Origin: a virus
Taxonomy: Duplodnaviria > Heunggongvirae > Uroviricota > Caudoviricetes
DNA: 64,000 bases
Direction: 5' to 3' (one strand)
Virus record (IMG/VR): IMGVR_UViG_2609459822_000013
Span: 1-64,000 of that record
Shown in pieces: positions 1 through 9,393 of the stretch. Within the stretch, counting starts at the first letter, position 1. Each line of letters starts with the position of its first letter. The translations under genes were made by a program, and so were the position numbers. The notes under the pieces were generated by a model. It saw only the letters and a program-made list of their open reading frames with translations. It was not told the DNA's origin and ran no database searches.

Positions 1-231
1 TTATGTATTATCTTTGGCTGACGTTAAACCAATCTGATCAAAGAACTGCATTACGTCCTGATAGCGGTACATAACGCCACGACCGTTACCAAGTACATCA
101 ACCGGGTCGGGGAACGGAGTTCCGTTCCGTTCCCATTTTTTACGCCATAAATAAAATGTTCCCCTGCTAATTCCACCAAGCATCCGGCAGATGGCAGGGC
201 GACTAAGAAGGATTGTCCCTGTTTTATCCAT
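1..231 (-). CDS. AlpA/Xis-family small DNA-binding protein (probable excisionase/regulator)
   Basis: 76 aa ORF; AlpA-like pattern (LSRPAICRMLGGISRGTFYLW...FP.P); sits at the edge next to an expected integrase outside the window. Confidence 0.55.
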   Translation of the reverse strand: MDKTGTILLSRPAICRMLGGISRGTFYLWRKKWERNGTPFPDPVDVLGNGRGVMYRYQDVMQFFDQIGLTSAKDNT

Positions 232-878
232 TATTTACCTCCCGTGTATTCAACGTGTCCGATACATCCGTCGATAATAGCTTGCGCCATGTTGCGATAA
301 TCGCATGAAAATTCGTTGTCGCGGTTAAAATTAATTTCTTTTGCCGCATCTTCACCAATCACCTTAGTAGCCAGCGCAAACGCAATTTCCGCCAGTGCTT
401 TTTCTTTCGGGTCAATGTGAATGCGGTACGAGTATTGTTTCCATGCAATTGGTGTTTCAATACCTGTTTCTAATTTACTGTGAGCAATAGACCACTTATC
501 GCCCAGGTAGAAAAACTTAACGACATCAATCACTATATCGCTTCTTGATCCAATGCAATCAAGCCACACTCCGCACGGCGGCTTTTCTCCTGCCTTCCAT
601 TCTGTAACTTCCGGTTTATCGCAATCATGCCGCTCATCTTCGATTAATTCATCAATGATTTCACTTTCTTTATTCATGCCGTCATCATCTATATTTTTAT
701 ATTCTTCAAAAACACATGAAGCCGCCATAACTGAATAAGTGCCGCCAGTATCAGCGCGAACACCCACAAGGAAAGATGATCCATATTGGTATTCGTTGCG
801 GTATGTGGCAACCTCAAAAGAAGGGTAGTCCGGGTCTACACGATGGCGAATTACGCCAATTGCTTTAAGTTTATTCAT
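231..878 (-). CDS. hypothetical phage protein
   Basis: 215 aa ORF, stop/start overlap with flanking genes in the same operon. Confidence 0.5.
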   Translation of the reverse strand: MNKLKAIGVIRHRVDPDYPSFEVATYRNEYQYGSSFLVGVRADTGGTYSVMAASCVFEEYKNIDDDGMNKESEIIDELIEDERHDCDKPEVTEWKAGEKPPCGVWLDCIGSRSDIVIDVVKFFYLGDKWSIAHSKLETGIETPIAWKQYSYRIHIDPKEKALAEIAFALATKVIGEDAAKEINFNRDNEFSCDYRNMAQAIIDGCIGHVEYTGGK

Positions 879-893
879 TTTGCCTATCCTCAG

Positions 894-1055
894 TTACGCC
901 ACCGTTACATTGTCAACCTTAATAAAATATTCAGGGTGGTTTTCTATTTCGTGCTGAAAGTGCGCGTGACACAATCGCCACTCTCGCGCCTGGTTGTGAA
1001 AATAAAAAACGTATTCGCCATCAATCTTATACAAAATTCCGGTAGGTTTAGCCAT
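894..1055 (-). CDS. small hypothetical protein (~53 aa)
   Basis: short ORF filling the gap between neighbouring reverse-strand genes; below the ORF-track size cutoff. Confidence 0.3.
   Translation of the reverse strand: MAKPTGILYKIDGEYVFYFHNQAREWRLCHAHFQHEIENHPEYFIKVDNVTVA
1026..1040 (+). repeat. degenerate motif copy CTTATACAAAATTCC
   Basis: 12-mer CTTATACAAAAT identical to 37979-37990; GG replaced by TC. Confidence 0.3.
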
Positions 1056-1069
1056 ATAATAACGCGCCA

Positions 1070-1501
1070 TTATTGCCCCCAGCGTTTTATGAATTCCTCA
1101 TTTAATTTCGTATCACCCGACCATTGAACATCATGCTCCGCACCGAACGAGTAAATCAATTCGATTAGTTCGCTGAATTCTGATTTACTCATTCGACTTG
1201 TAGACGTTCCCAATACAACGAAGCCTGATTTATCCAGGTTAGGGACTACGCCATATTTCTTAAGTCCGGCAGTGAATACCGCCTTCCAGTCTTCCGGCGA
1301 CAGCTTTTTCCCGTACCAATTAACCTGATCGCTAACGTCTGTCAGCAGCGCCCAAAGTAACGCGTTTTGACTCAATGAGCGGGTTTTCTCCTGGATGGTA
1401 ATTACCAGCGGGCTTTTGCTATCAGGCTGGATCTCCCTTATCTGCCTGATAGCATTTTCTTTTACGGCGTCGTTTACTATTTCAAATCTAATTTGCCGCA
1501 T
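1070..1501 (-). CDS. ninB: NinB (Orf) recombination protein
   Basis: 143 aa; recalled lambda NinB shares motifs (VTIQE..RSL.QN..LWA...DVS.QV.W.G..L....WK.VFTA.LK...VVPNL...GFVV.G.STSRM...EF.EL.ELI..FG). Confidence 0.75.
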   Translation of the reverse strand: MRQIRFEIVNDAVKENAIRQIREIQPDSKSPLVITIQEKTRSLSQNALLWALLTDVSDQVNWYGKKLSPEDWKAVFTAGLKKYGVVPNLDKSGFVVLGTSTSRMSKSEFSELIELIYSFGAEHDVQWSGDTKLNEEFIKRWGQ

Positions 1502-1715
1502 TATTTCTTTTTGCCTTATTTTTTGCTTTGTATTCCTGCCAACTTTCCCAGCGCGCTTTTATAATTGCTTTAAGGCTTATCAATCTTGAAGAAGTCATAA
1601 AAGTGCCTTTTAAATATTTCATATCAACCGTTACAAGCTTATCAAAATCATTGCCGCGCATGTATTCCGCAATTGTGCTTAAATCCTCCACGGTCAATTC
1701 TAAATCCTTGTTCAT
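1488..1715 (-). CDS. hypothetical protein
   Basis: 75 aa ORF, overlaps ninB start, same operon. Confidence 0.4.
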   Translation of the reverse strand: MNKDLELTVEDLSTIAEYMRGNDFDKLVTVDMKYLKGTFMTSSRLISLKAIIKARWESWQEYKAKNKAKRNNAAN

Positions 1716-1724
1716 AATTCCTCC

Positions 1725-1931
1725 TTACACAATCCGCATTGTGTTTCTTAATTCCCCACGCAGCGCTCGTAATGCATCGCGCATTGGCACAAAAACCCGG
1801 TTAAATTTTACGTGTTTATACTTCCGCATCAGTGGCGGTGTATAAACCATTGCGTCGTATACTTCCCACGGATAATAAACACGCGTATTGTCAACAAACG
1901 TTTCAACTGAATAGAATATTACCCGTCTCAT
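1725..1931 (-). CDS. hypothetical protein
   Basis: 68 aa ORF, translationally coupled to upstream gene. Confidence 0.4.
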   Translation of the reverse strand: MRRVIFYSVETFVDNTRVYYPWEVYDAMVYTPPLMRKYKHVKFNRVFVPMRDALRALRGELRNTMRIV

Positions 1932-2518
1932 AATTCCAACCCCGTTTCACTGTTAAGTTTTTCGATTTCAAATACTGGTTTATCCGGTAGTAGACCTTTA
2001 TTTTTCCGGCATTCATTCAGGCGGCTATCAAAGTCAAACGCCAGATCATTAGCGTGACCGAATCGCCCAGGTTTAAACAGTGAGTAAAAGTTAACCCCGT
2101 GCCTATTTGGATCAACGCAAAGCGTTTCATCAATCACCATTAGGCGCAGAGTACGAGAAAGATAATTCCACGGTATTCCCGTTTCAGCGCTAATGTCGCG
2201 CATACGCTTTTTGACGCTGTAGTTACCAAATAACGACGCGACACGCTCACGACGTTCAGCGTATAACTGTTTAATACGATAACCCAGCAGACGGCGGCGG
2301 CGTCCAAAACATGTATACACGCGCTCGACGATACCGTTTTTTATTAAGTGTTTAATTGTCTCAGGCAGTAACCCGTCTTTGTCATATCCAGCCAATAACC
2401 CCGTTTTATTGCGTAACTGGTGCATTGTTGCGATGCCATCAAGTTCAAGGATATTGATAATTTTTGTTTCAAGTTCAGTGCTCATTTTTAGCCTCGTTTT
2501 AAACGCGATAACAGCCAC
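1928..2518 (-). CDS. hypothetical protein (196 aa), replication-module associated
   Basis: ORF directly downstream of the helicase gene in the same operon. Confidence 0.45.
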   Translation of the reverse strand: MAVIAFKTRLKMSTELETKIINILELDGIATMHQLRNKTGLLAGYDKDGLLPETIKHLIKNGIVERVYTCFGRRRRLLGYRIKQLYAERRERVASLFGNYSVKKRMRDISAETGIPWNYLSRTLRLMVIDETLCVDPNRHGVNFYSLFKPGRFGHANDLAFDFDSRLNECRKNKGLLPDKPVFEIEKLNSETGLEL

Positions 2519-2561
2519 CAGAAAGCGGTAAACTTTCCGGCAAGCTGTTTACTAATATTGA

Positions 2562-3971
2562 TTAAAAAGATGCGTTATTCTGATTGTTTCGTTGGTTGAA
2601 TCGGTTTGTACGATGATTCATGGACTGAATACATGCAGACGCTGCGCGGGCCTGGTCACAAGGGAGGATATTGCCGTTGTCATCAAACCGCTGGTAAACA
2701 GTGCCACTTTTCCCGTGACGGTTTTTAGATACAATTATTTCCATATATTCGCGTGCTACAGACTGTTCATCGTAGTAACCATCGCGGTACACCATGATGA
2801 TCCTGTCAGCGTCTTGCTCAAGGTTCCCGGAATCGCGAAGATCTGAATTGTTAGGGCGCTTATTCGGTCGTTCCTCAACGCGGCGTGACAGTTGGGCCAG
2901 CGCCAACACTGGTACGCGCAATTCTTTCGCCATCATCTTCAACGACCACGACAATTGCCCTACAGCGAGATCGTGACGTTCGGCCTTAGCCAGCTTCATT
3001 AACCCGATGTAGTCAATCATTACCATACCCAAGTTGGGGTGTTCCTGTTTCATCCGTTCCGTGGTGGCGCGTATTTCCTCAACCGTTAACTGCGACGCGT
3101 CAACAATCCACACATCAAGATTGGCAAGTGCGCTCATACCCTGGCCAACATGCGCCCACCCCTCATCATCAAGTTTTACCGGATTGCGCAGGCAGTCAGT
3201 TGATAAATTACCAGCGCCAGCGATAGCACGTTCAGTCATCTGATCGAGTGACATTTCAAGCGTAAACAGCAAAACGCCTACCCGCTGACCTTCGCCGCCA
3301 GGGTAAGGGCGTTCGGCAGCCTCGCGGGCAATTGCAAGCGCCAACGCAGATTTACCAGACCCAGGACGTCCGGCGAGAAGCACCAGATCAGTAGCGTTAA
3401 TGCCGCCTAACATTTCGTCGAGTGGGTCAATCCCTGTTTTGATGTTGTCAGAGTTCACGCCACACTCCATGCGTTTACTTAGCACTTCCGTGTATTCCTG
3501 GACAGCATCGCGCAACAGCACCGGGATAATCTGATCTTTTGTTACCTTTAATTTTGAATACCGGGAATCAAAATCTTTCATCGTCTCTTTGACGACCTCA
3601 AGTGTCCCAGTTTCCAGTTTGTAGCGCATATCGTCGATGAGTTCCAACATCTGCCGCCGCTGGTGCTCTTCACGTAGTAGCTGTGCATATCCCTTCAGGT
3701 TGGCAGCAGAAGGGCACGATCGCGCCGTTTGCATTAGCGGTACAAAGTTTTCATTACCAATCTCATCACCAACCAGTAACGCGTCGATAAGATTTCTGTT
3801 TCTGGCTTGCGCCCGGATAATTTCAAAAGCCCGCTTATATAGCGGAATAGTGAATACTTCAGGATCGAGCGTAGCAAGAACGTCTTGCGCGTTAGGTGTA
3901 AGCCCGCCTAACAGGAGTCCGCCTATCACAGCAGACTCTCGTTCTTGTCGCAGTGAGTTAACAGAATCCAT
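2562..3971 (-). CDS. DnaB-family replicative DNA helicase (P22 gene 12-like)
   Basis: 469 aa; Walker A LAGRPGSGKSALALAIA, DnaB C-terminal motifs (LAQLSR..E.R...R.PNNSDLRDSGNLEQDADRI). Confidence 0.85.
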   Translation of the reverse strand: MDSVNSLRQERESAVIGGLLLGGLTPNAQDVLATLDPEVFTIPLYKRAFEIIRAQARNRNLIDALLVGDEIGNENFVPLMQTARSCPSAANLKGYAQLLREEHQRRQMLELIDDMRYKLETGTLEVVKETMKDFDSRYSKLKVTKDQIIPVLLRDAVQEYTEVLSKRMECGVNSDNIKTGIDPLDEMLGGINATDLVLLAGRPGSGKSALALAIAREAAERPYPGGEGQRVGVLLFTLEMSLDQMTERAIAGAGNLSTDCLRNPVKLDDEGWAHVGQGMSALANLDVWIVDASQLTVEEIRATTERMKQEHPNLGMVMIDYIGLMKLAKAERHDLAVGQLSWSLKMMAKELRVPVLALAQLSRRVEERPNKRPNNSDLRDSGNLEQDADRIIMVYRDGYYDEQSVAREYMEIIVSKNRHGKSGTVYQRFDDNGNILPCDQARAASACIQSMNHRTNRFNQRNNQNNASF

Positions 3972-3987
3972 TATGGCATTACCTCCG

Positions 3988-4003
3988 GTTTACAAAATGG
4001 AAT
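3988..4003 (+). repeat. dispersed motif copy GTTTACAAAATGGAAT
   Basis: exact 16-mer; overlaps the last codons of the phosphoesterase gene, just upstream of the helicase RBS. Confidence 0.6.
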
Positions 4004-5108
4004 ATTCAGGGTAATAAACAAAGCGCCCGATTTCCCCGTGATCAGGACTGTAAATTATTCCCGCCGTCAGACGCCGCGACCGCCAGCCGCCATTCGTTGA
4101 ATAAGCGTCTTTGCCCGCTAACGTGCCGTGATACTCAACAACGCCTAACGATGATTCAATCAACCGTTGGTGGTGCCAGTGCCCGCAATGAGCATAAACC
4201 GCCGCAGACTTACCGAAATCTTCCCGCCAGTCAGAGACGCAGGCAGACAACAAATTTTCTGGTTTTTTGATGGTGTGTCCGTGGTGGTAAGCAAGGAATG
4301 TTTTGCCGTACTGTGTGTGGTGTACGATAGCAGGTGACACGTCAATCGTTACGCGCGGTTCATCTTCGTAAAAAGCCGCCAGCGCAGCACGTAGCCAAAT
4401 CATCCCCGACTGATCGTGATTACCTGATAATACCTGGATTTCGATTTCTTTGTGGTTTAACAACATCTTTCCTACAGCACGGCGGACTGACCGGATCGCC
4501 ACATAAACAAGTTTTGCGTAGCGTGAATCGCAATCAAGTACGTGATTGCTTGATGGCGTCACTGGCAACAGCCCATCAGTGTGAAGAACATCCCCACCGA
4601 GAAGCAATACAGCTTTTTCAGACATCGGCGCTGCGCCTACCGCGTAGTCAAAGAAATCATTTAGCACGCGTTCAGCGATCCCGGTGTCGTAGCTCTCACC
4701 GCATTCAGCTTTATGAGCAAGCGCCCCGATATGCAGATCGAATACCGGATAAAGGGCCAGGCTTTTTTGGAAATCAATTTCCGGCACTGGCACGGCCTCC
4801 GCGCGTGGCATGTCTTCCGTGAAAGCATCGCAAGCCGCTTGCATTAGCCTTTCCATTTCATCGCGATCACGGGCTGTTTTAATCCAGCGCATAATCACAT
4901 TGCCATCCTTATCGACGAGCAATGACTCACCATTGACGCCAAAGCCCGGCGCGCGACGCGTGGATATTAAACCGCGTTTCGCCAACCGTGCGCCCAGGCG
5001 TTCGACGTTGCGTTTTGCCATTCCATATTCTTCTGCTATTTGCTTGTAAGTTTTCCCCTTGTTGTACTCGGCGATCAGTTCCTCATCGCTGATCTTTCTT
5101 TGTGACAT
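3990..5108 (-). CDS. N-terminal HTH fused to calcineurin-like metallophosphoesterase
   Basis: 372 aa; HTH YKQIAEEYGMAKRNVERLGARLAKRG; phosphoesterase motifs GGDVLHTDG, SGNHDQSG, HHGH, GHWHH. Confidence 0.6.
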   Translation of the reverse strand: MSQRKISDEELIAEYNKGKTYKQIAEEYGMAKRNVERLGARLAKRGLISTRRAPGFGVNGESLLVDKDGNVIMRWIKTARDRDEMERLMQAACDAFTEDMPRAEAVPVPEIDFQKSLALYPVFDLHIGALAHKAECGESYDTGIAERVLNDFFDYAVGAAPMSEKAVLLLGGDVLHTDGLLPVTPSSNHVLDCDSRYAKLVYVAIRSVRRAVGKMLLNHKEIEIQVLSGNHDQSGMIWLRAALAAFYEDEPRVTIDVSPAIVHHTQYGKTFLAYHHGHTIKKPENLLSACVSDWREDFGKSAAVYAHCGHWHHQRLIESSLGVVEYHGTLAGKDAYSTNGGWRSRRLTAGIIYSPDHGEIGRFVYYPEYSIL

Positions 5109-5285
5109 AACGTTATTACCCCCGGTTCGCGGAATGAGTATTTATTCATAAATAACTAATTTTTATTAACATGGATTTCACGGTGTCAAAAAATGCCAGT
5201 AGGGTTAATCAACAACTTATGCAAATTGAAATAACCACTTAATGAATAACTAATCGTATACATTACGGTTTACAATTTGTATACA

Positions 5286-6341
5286 TTAGGATATAGCACA
5301 ACGGAAAAACTTGCACCCCAAATAATCTTCAATGCGTTTTTGTCTTATCGCATCGCTTTTTACTTGCCGTTTGTGATGTGACTCATCAATTTCTACAGCA
5401 ACGTTATTCACAGGATCGTAGCCATCAATAAAATACTTATTGCCAGCAACATCAACAGGATATTGCCTTATTAATTTAACTCCTTTTAGTTTTTCATACA
5501 TAGTTAAGCCAGCATGTTCATAACGCTTCCTAATCATATTTTTACAATTATCTCTCATTTCTGATAATTTCGAGTCGCACTCCTTTTTTATTTCTTCAAT
5601 TACATTTTTATCGCTTTTTAATTCAATAAAGTTTTCTATGTCGTTATAATTCCCGCATTCAAAATTATTATTAAGACCTTTATTTTCACCCCATGCATGA
5701 TACTTTTCTGCCATCTTATCGCTAATATATCTTTCATACCCATAATTTGTTTTAACTATAAAATATTCAATATTTAAATCAATGGTAAACTCATCATTAT
5801 TGAGGTGTTCAGTTAAAAACGCATCTGGATCTGCAATATCGCTTGAATGGAACAACCTTACCCATAGTTTTTCTATTGATACTCCGCGAGTGACGAACAA
5901 CCATTTTTTGTACTTTTCAGCATCTTCTTTTGACACATACACAGAACATCGCCCAGGAGTATCACTCGTTTCAACATAATTGTTACACCATAAAATATAA
6001 TTATAAGCATAAGGACTATCTTTTTTGGTGTTATTTGAATATTTATTAAAGATATCTTGCAAGTCAACTAATCCACAAGATTCAATAACTGGCTTAACCC
6101 ATTTTTCATTATATTCATAATGTCTATATTTACCAGGTGTAACGAATCTAATAAACGTTATGGGTGTGATATACACATCATCACCATCAACAATAAAATC
6201 CTTGTATTCCTCAAATCCGTAAAGATCAGAGTATTTAACAAATGATTTAAGTCTATCAATTTCAAGTTCAGAAACCAGATTATTAACAGACAGTAATTGC
6301 GTGTCCTTACAATTGAGTTTCATATGATAAGTAGCAATCAT
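5286..6341 (-). CDS. AT-rich accessory protein with C-terminal restriction-endonuclease-like (Vsr/DUF559-type) domain
   Basis: 351 aa from ATG with perfect AAGGAGG RBS; strongly AT-rich codon usage; C-terminus GNKYFIDGYD...VAVEIDESHHK...DAIRQKRIEDYLGCKFFR matches the Vsr/DUF559 pattern. Confidence 0.55.
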   Translation of the reverse strand: MIATYHMKLNCKDTQLLSVNNLVSELEIDRLKSFVKYSDLYGFEEYKDFIVDGDDVYITPITFIRFVTPGKYRHYEYNEKWVKPVIESCGLVDLQDIFNKYSNNTKKDSPYAYNYILWCNNYVETSDTPGRCSVYVSKEDAEKYKKWLFVTRGVSIEKLWVRLFHSSDIADPDAFLTEHLNNDEFTIDLNIEYFIVKTNYGYERYISDKMAEKYHAWGENKGLNNNFECGNYNDIENFIELKSDKNVIEEIKKECDSKLSEMRDNCKNMIRKRYEHAGLTMYEKLKGVKLIRQYPVDVAGNKYFIDGYDPVNNVAVEIDESHHKRQVKSDAIRQKRIEDYLGCKFFRCAIS

Positions 6342-6492
6342 ATATACCTCCTTTATTAATTTTCTATATAACGCCTCAGACGAGCTACAACGCAAAAATC
6401 CCACCGCGTAACCCGTTTACAGGTTGCAGTGTCTTATTGCGCTAGAGGCGCTATCAGGTGGCTAATTTTCGATTTACAGACTGGTAGGTAGG

Positions 6493-6594
6493 TTATGGAT
6501 TAACTAGCAGATACAAACCGCCGAACAAGGCGACGTTAACAGCGATAGCCATCGCGATCGCGAAAGCCAGGGCGAACATGCGTTTACCGTCCAT
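6493..6594 (-). CDS. small hydrophobic peptide (33 aa, MDGKRMFALAFAIAMAIAVNVALFGGLYLLVNP)
   Basis: short ORF with AGAGGA RBS; single predicted transmembrane helix; between replication initiator and nuclease-like gene. Confidence 0.3.
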   Translation of the reverse strand: MDGKRMFALAFAIAMAIAVNVALFGGLYLLVNP

Positions 6595-6726
6595 TTTAAA
6601 ATCCTCTCTGTAACGCTCTCTAACGAGCTAATCGCAAAAAGGCAAGCAAGTTAGCACCACATGCGATTTAGCTCGCTGGTGAGGTTGTTTTGTGGGTAAT
6701 TTTGGATTTTTGCGGATCGTGATTGG

Positions 6727-7773
6727 TCAAAGAACGCCAGCGCGCGTATCACGTAGCGTTTTTGGTTTAAGCAGAAAATCAAGTGTCGCAGTGAAGCCAT
6801 TGCCAAAGTAAAAATCTGAAGCCGTGTTTTTGAACGTTTCGAAGTAGGCGACAAAGCCGTTAATGCTTTTGTCTTTCAGGTAGTCAGTGAACGCATAGAT
6901 CTTGCGTTCAAGATCCCGATCCAGTTCGGCAGGTGGTAACAGGCCGTCAAACGTGCTGTTAAATGCTTCCACCACGTCGGCAGCGTTTACAGTAGCTGAT
7001 AGCTTGCGCCATTGTTCAGCATCAGCCAAATACCCATCAAACCTAGTTACCCGGCAAATGTTGATAGGCTTAGGTACTCCATCACGGCTACGCCATTGGG
7101 TTAAAGCCCACTCAATTACTAACGTGATCTCATTCTCCGTATACGCTTTACATGTTTTTGTTTCTGTCAGTAGTTCTACGAATGGCTTAGCATCACGACA
7201 TTTGCATCCTGCCTTGTCGTTGTAGAAGGCAAGGCAACGCAATGCCGCTTCGTTTACGCCATCCTGATTGACCATTTTTTGTTCATTTTCGACAATACAC
7301 GAAGTGTATATATCTTTTTCTCTTTCTTTTTCTACTTCTAATTCATGACCCTTTCCTGACCCGGTCATGACCCTATCATGACCTTTTTGTGTTGGATTGA
7401 TTAACTTTTCTAATTTTAATTGTTCCTTCGCTGTGTTTATGGCGGCCCTGTAAGCGCTTTTAGAAGTCATTGATTGGTCCAGCCTTTTCAATAACTTTAA
7501 ACAAGTTATGTGGCCTTGAGAACATTCAAACAAACCAATTTCGATGAAGTATTTCATCATTTCTTCTATACGTTTTTCAGTAGATCCGACGTTTCGCGCA
7601 ATTATTCTTGCGTCATGTCGTAGGTCAAAAGTTAGATTGTGCTGATCTACGTCATAAGTTATTAGTTCTAGGCAATACCAATAAAGCCCGTACCCTTCCA
7701 GGCCATAATCTAACAAAACGTTTTGAAGTTTTTCATCGCGGTTCGCATCGCTGTCATGCTTAAACCACTTCAT
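6727..7773 (-). CDS. phage replication initiation protein (DUF4373-type N-terminus)
   Basis: 348 aa; N-terminus MKWFKHDSDANRDEKLQNVLLDYGLEGYGLYWYCLELI characteristic of phage replisome organizers; GGAGGG RBS. Confidence 0.7.
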   Translation of the reverse strand: MKWFKHDSDANRDEKLQNVLLDYGLEGYGLYWYCLELITYDVDQHNLTFDLRHDARIIARNVGSTEKRIEEMMKYFIEIGLFECSQGHITCLKLLKRLDQSMTSKSAYRAAINTAKEQLKLEKLINPTQKGHDRVMTGSGKGHELEVEKEREKDIYTSCIVENEQKMVNQDGVNEAALRCLAFYNDKAGCKCRDAKPFVELLTETKTCKAYTENEITLVIEWALTQWRSRDGVPKPINICRVTRFDGYLADAEQWRKLSATVNAADVVEAFNSTFDGLLPPAELDRDLERKIYAFTDYLKDKSINGFVAYFETFKNTASDFYFGNGFTATLDFLLKPKTLRDTRAGVL

Positions 7774-7776
7774 AGA

Positions 7777-8034
7777 TCATCCCTCCGGCAACATCACTAC
7801 ATAGACATCACTGAATGCATCAAGACGACAAACAAATCCTTTATCCATTAACGCGGCGAAGGCATCATGTACCGTATGAACAGGAAGTTCACACATTGCG
7901 GCTACTTCTTTGCGTGATGCATCATGTACCCGTCCTTTGTTATCTGCCTTTTCAGCCAGAGCCATTAAGACAAGTTTTTGAATCGGGCTGTTAAGTTTTA
8001 CGTTCCATACTTCATTCATCATGTGCATACTCAT
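7777..8034 (-). CDS. early HTH regulator in Cro position (85 aa)
   Basis: divergent from the CI-like gene; start chosen at ATG with AGGAGA RBS; HTH-like segment SRKEVAAMCELPVHTVHDAFAALMDKG. Confidence 0.5.
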   Translation of the reverse strand: MSMHMMNEVWNVKLNSPIQKLVLMALAEKADNKGRVHDASRKEVAAMCELPVHTVHDAFAALMDKGFVCRLDAFSDVYVVMLPEG

Positions 8035-8253
8035 CGTGTTTTCTCCTATGGTTAGAGTGAACGCGCGGGCGGGCATCCCATTAGCATTAGATAGCAGTGA
8101 CTGACCGCTCAACAGATCCCGCCGTTGCGTGATATTTGTTTTTCGCTTCGCAGCGACACCGGATTTTTAAAGAGCTTAAGGTAAGTGCCTTTTTGTGCCT
8201 TCCGTTATCTTTTTCCTTGCGTCTTTGCAAGTATGGCCTTACCTTGTCTGCAA

Positions 8254-8269
8254 GTTTACAAAATGGAAT
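8254..8269 (+). repeat. dispersed motif copy GTTTACAAAATGGAAT (in CI/Cro intergenic region)
   Basis: 16/16 identical to the copy at 3988-4003. Confidence 0.6.
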
Positions 8270-8339
8270 TTTAAGATCAAGGCTTAAAATACACGTTTTG
8301 TGACTTGCATCAAACTTTTTGAGGTTATAGGGTAGCGAC

Positions 8340-8987
8340 ATGAAAACAAAATGGTATGACTTAGCAAAGCAGCTCATGCGGGCGCAGGGCATGAGCCAGG
8401 ATTCACTAGCGGATCGCATGGGGATAACTAAAGGCGGTCTGTCACACTGGCTGAACGGTCGCCGCGAGCCAAATCTTGAAGATATTGCGCGGATTATGCG
8501 AGAGCTTGGTCGTCGGCAGTTCACTGTTACACATGATGGTATGGTCATTGATGATTCTGTTTCTAATACACTTCAGGCCGTGCCGCCGCGTGATTTAGGT
8601 AGTTACCCGGTTATTGACTGGAAGGACACAGTAAACAATATGGATGACGCAAGGCGTTCAGCATTACGACACGTTACGACTAGCGTTATTTGTTCAGATG
8701 ACAGTTACTGGCTGGTTGCCAAAGGTGAATCAATGAACGCGCCGCAGGGGTTGAGCATCCCGGCGGGGACGATGATACTTGTGGACCCGCACGCGCCAGC
8801 TATTGACGGCAAACTGGTTATAGCCCAGCTTGAGGAAGGGCAGATACCGACGTTTAAACAGTTGATTATTGATGGAGGTCAAAGGCTTTTACGTTCGCTC
8901 AATCCGCTGTATCCGCCAATCCCTATGAATCCAGAATCAAAAATTATAGGCGTGGTGGTTGATGCGAAGATCGTAAACCTGCCATAA
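8340..8987 (+). CDS. CI-type phage repressor (HTH + S24 LexA-like peptidase)
   Basis: 215 aa; N-terminal HTH (QDSLADRMGITKGGLSHWLNGRREP); C-terminal S24 motifs (AKGESMNAP...GTMILVDP). Confidence 0.85.
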   Translation: MKTKWYDLAKQLMRAQGMSQDSLADRMGITKGGLSHWLNGRREPNLEDIARIMRELGRRQFTVTHDGMVIDDSVSNTLQAVPPRDLGSYPVIDWKDTVNNMDDARRSALRHVTTSVICSDDSYWLVAKGESMNAPQGLSIPAGTMILVDPHAPAIDGKLVIAQLEEGQIPTFKQLIIDGGQRLLRSLNPLYPPIPMNPESKIIGVVVDAKIVNLP

Positions 8988-8992
8988 ACATG

Positions 8993-9018
8993 AGCCGCCG
9001 GATGGCGGCTTTTCTTTG
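8993..9018 (+). terminator. Rho-independent terminator after repressor gene
   Basis: hairpin AGCCGCCGGATGGCGGCT followed by T-run. Confidence 0.6.
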
Positions 9019-9096
9019 CCTAAAGAACACCAAAACGTAAACAGAAAACGTTACTTATTGTTTAAATATCAATAGCATATAAAATATTTTAAAAAA

Positions 9097-9110
9097 GTAT
9101 ACAAAATGGA
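9097..9110 (+). repeat. dispersed motif copy GTATACAAAATGGA abutting pL-like -35
   Basis: core ACAAAATGGA; immediately upstream of TTGACT. Confidence 0.55.
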
Positions 9111-9139
9111 TTGACTCGATGTTTTACGGGGCGTATATT
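9111..9139 (+). promoter_or_regulatory. candidate sigma70 promoter (pL-like): TTGACT-N17-TATATT
   Basis: near-consensus -35/-10 with 17 bp spacer downstream of repressor terminator and upstream of the nut-like site. Confidence 0.4.
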
Positions 9140-9393
9140 GCGAGTCAAAGGAAGGGCGCAGGTAACAAAAGCAACTTCCTGGCACTTTAAAAATCAGGCT
9201 TAACACCTTGTCAACCGTGGAGTAACTCCCCGATGGGGGACCGAAAGCGGCACTGATAACAAGGCGCATGGGGTGTTTAAAGCGTTACATCCCCCACGAA
9301 ACCGCACGCAAGGCGACGAGTCAGCTTGCTTGGAGTGAGCAAGGTCACGCCGGGAACGGCGATGATTGCGGGATTAGTTGCAAGATGTTAAGC

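Noticed and set aside
553-1127. Plus-strand ORFs 553-738 and 786-1127 overlapping reverse-strand phage genes
   Set aside because: Lie antisense within or across better-supported reverse-strand genes of the early operon; no RBS and low-complexity translations. Treated as shadow ORFs.
4334-5049. Plus-strand ORFs 4334-4822 and 4810-5049 inside the phosphoesterase gene
   Set aside because: Antisense to a gene with clear catalytic motifs; Arg/Ser/Pro-rich translations typical of out-of-frame reading of GC-rich coding DNA.
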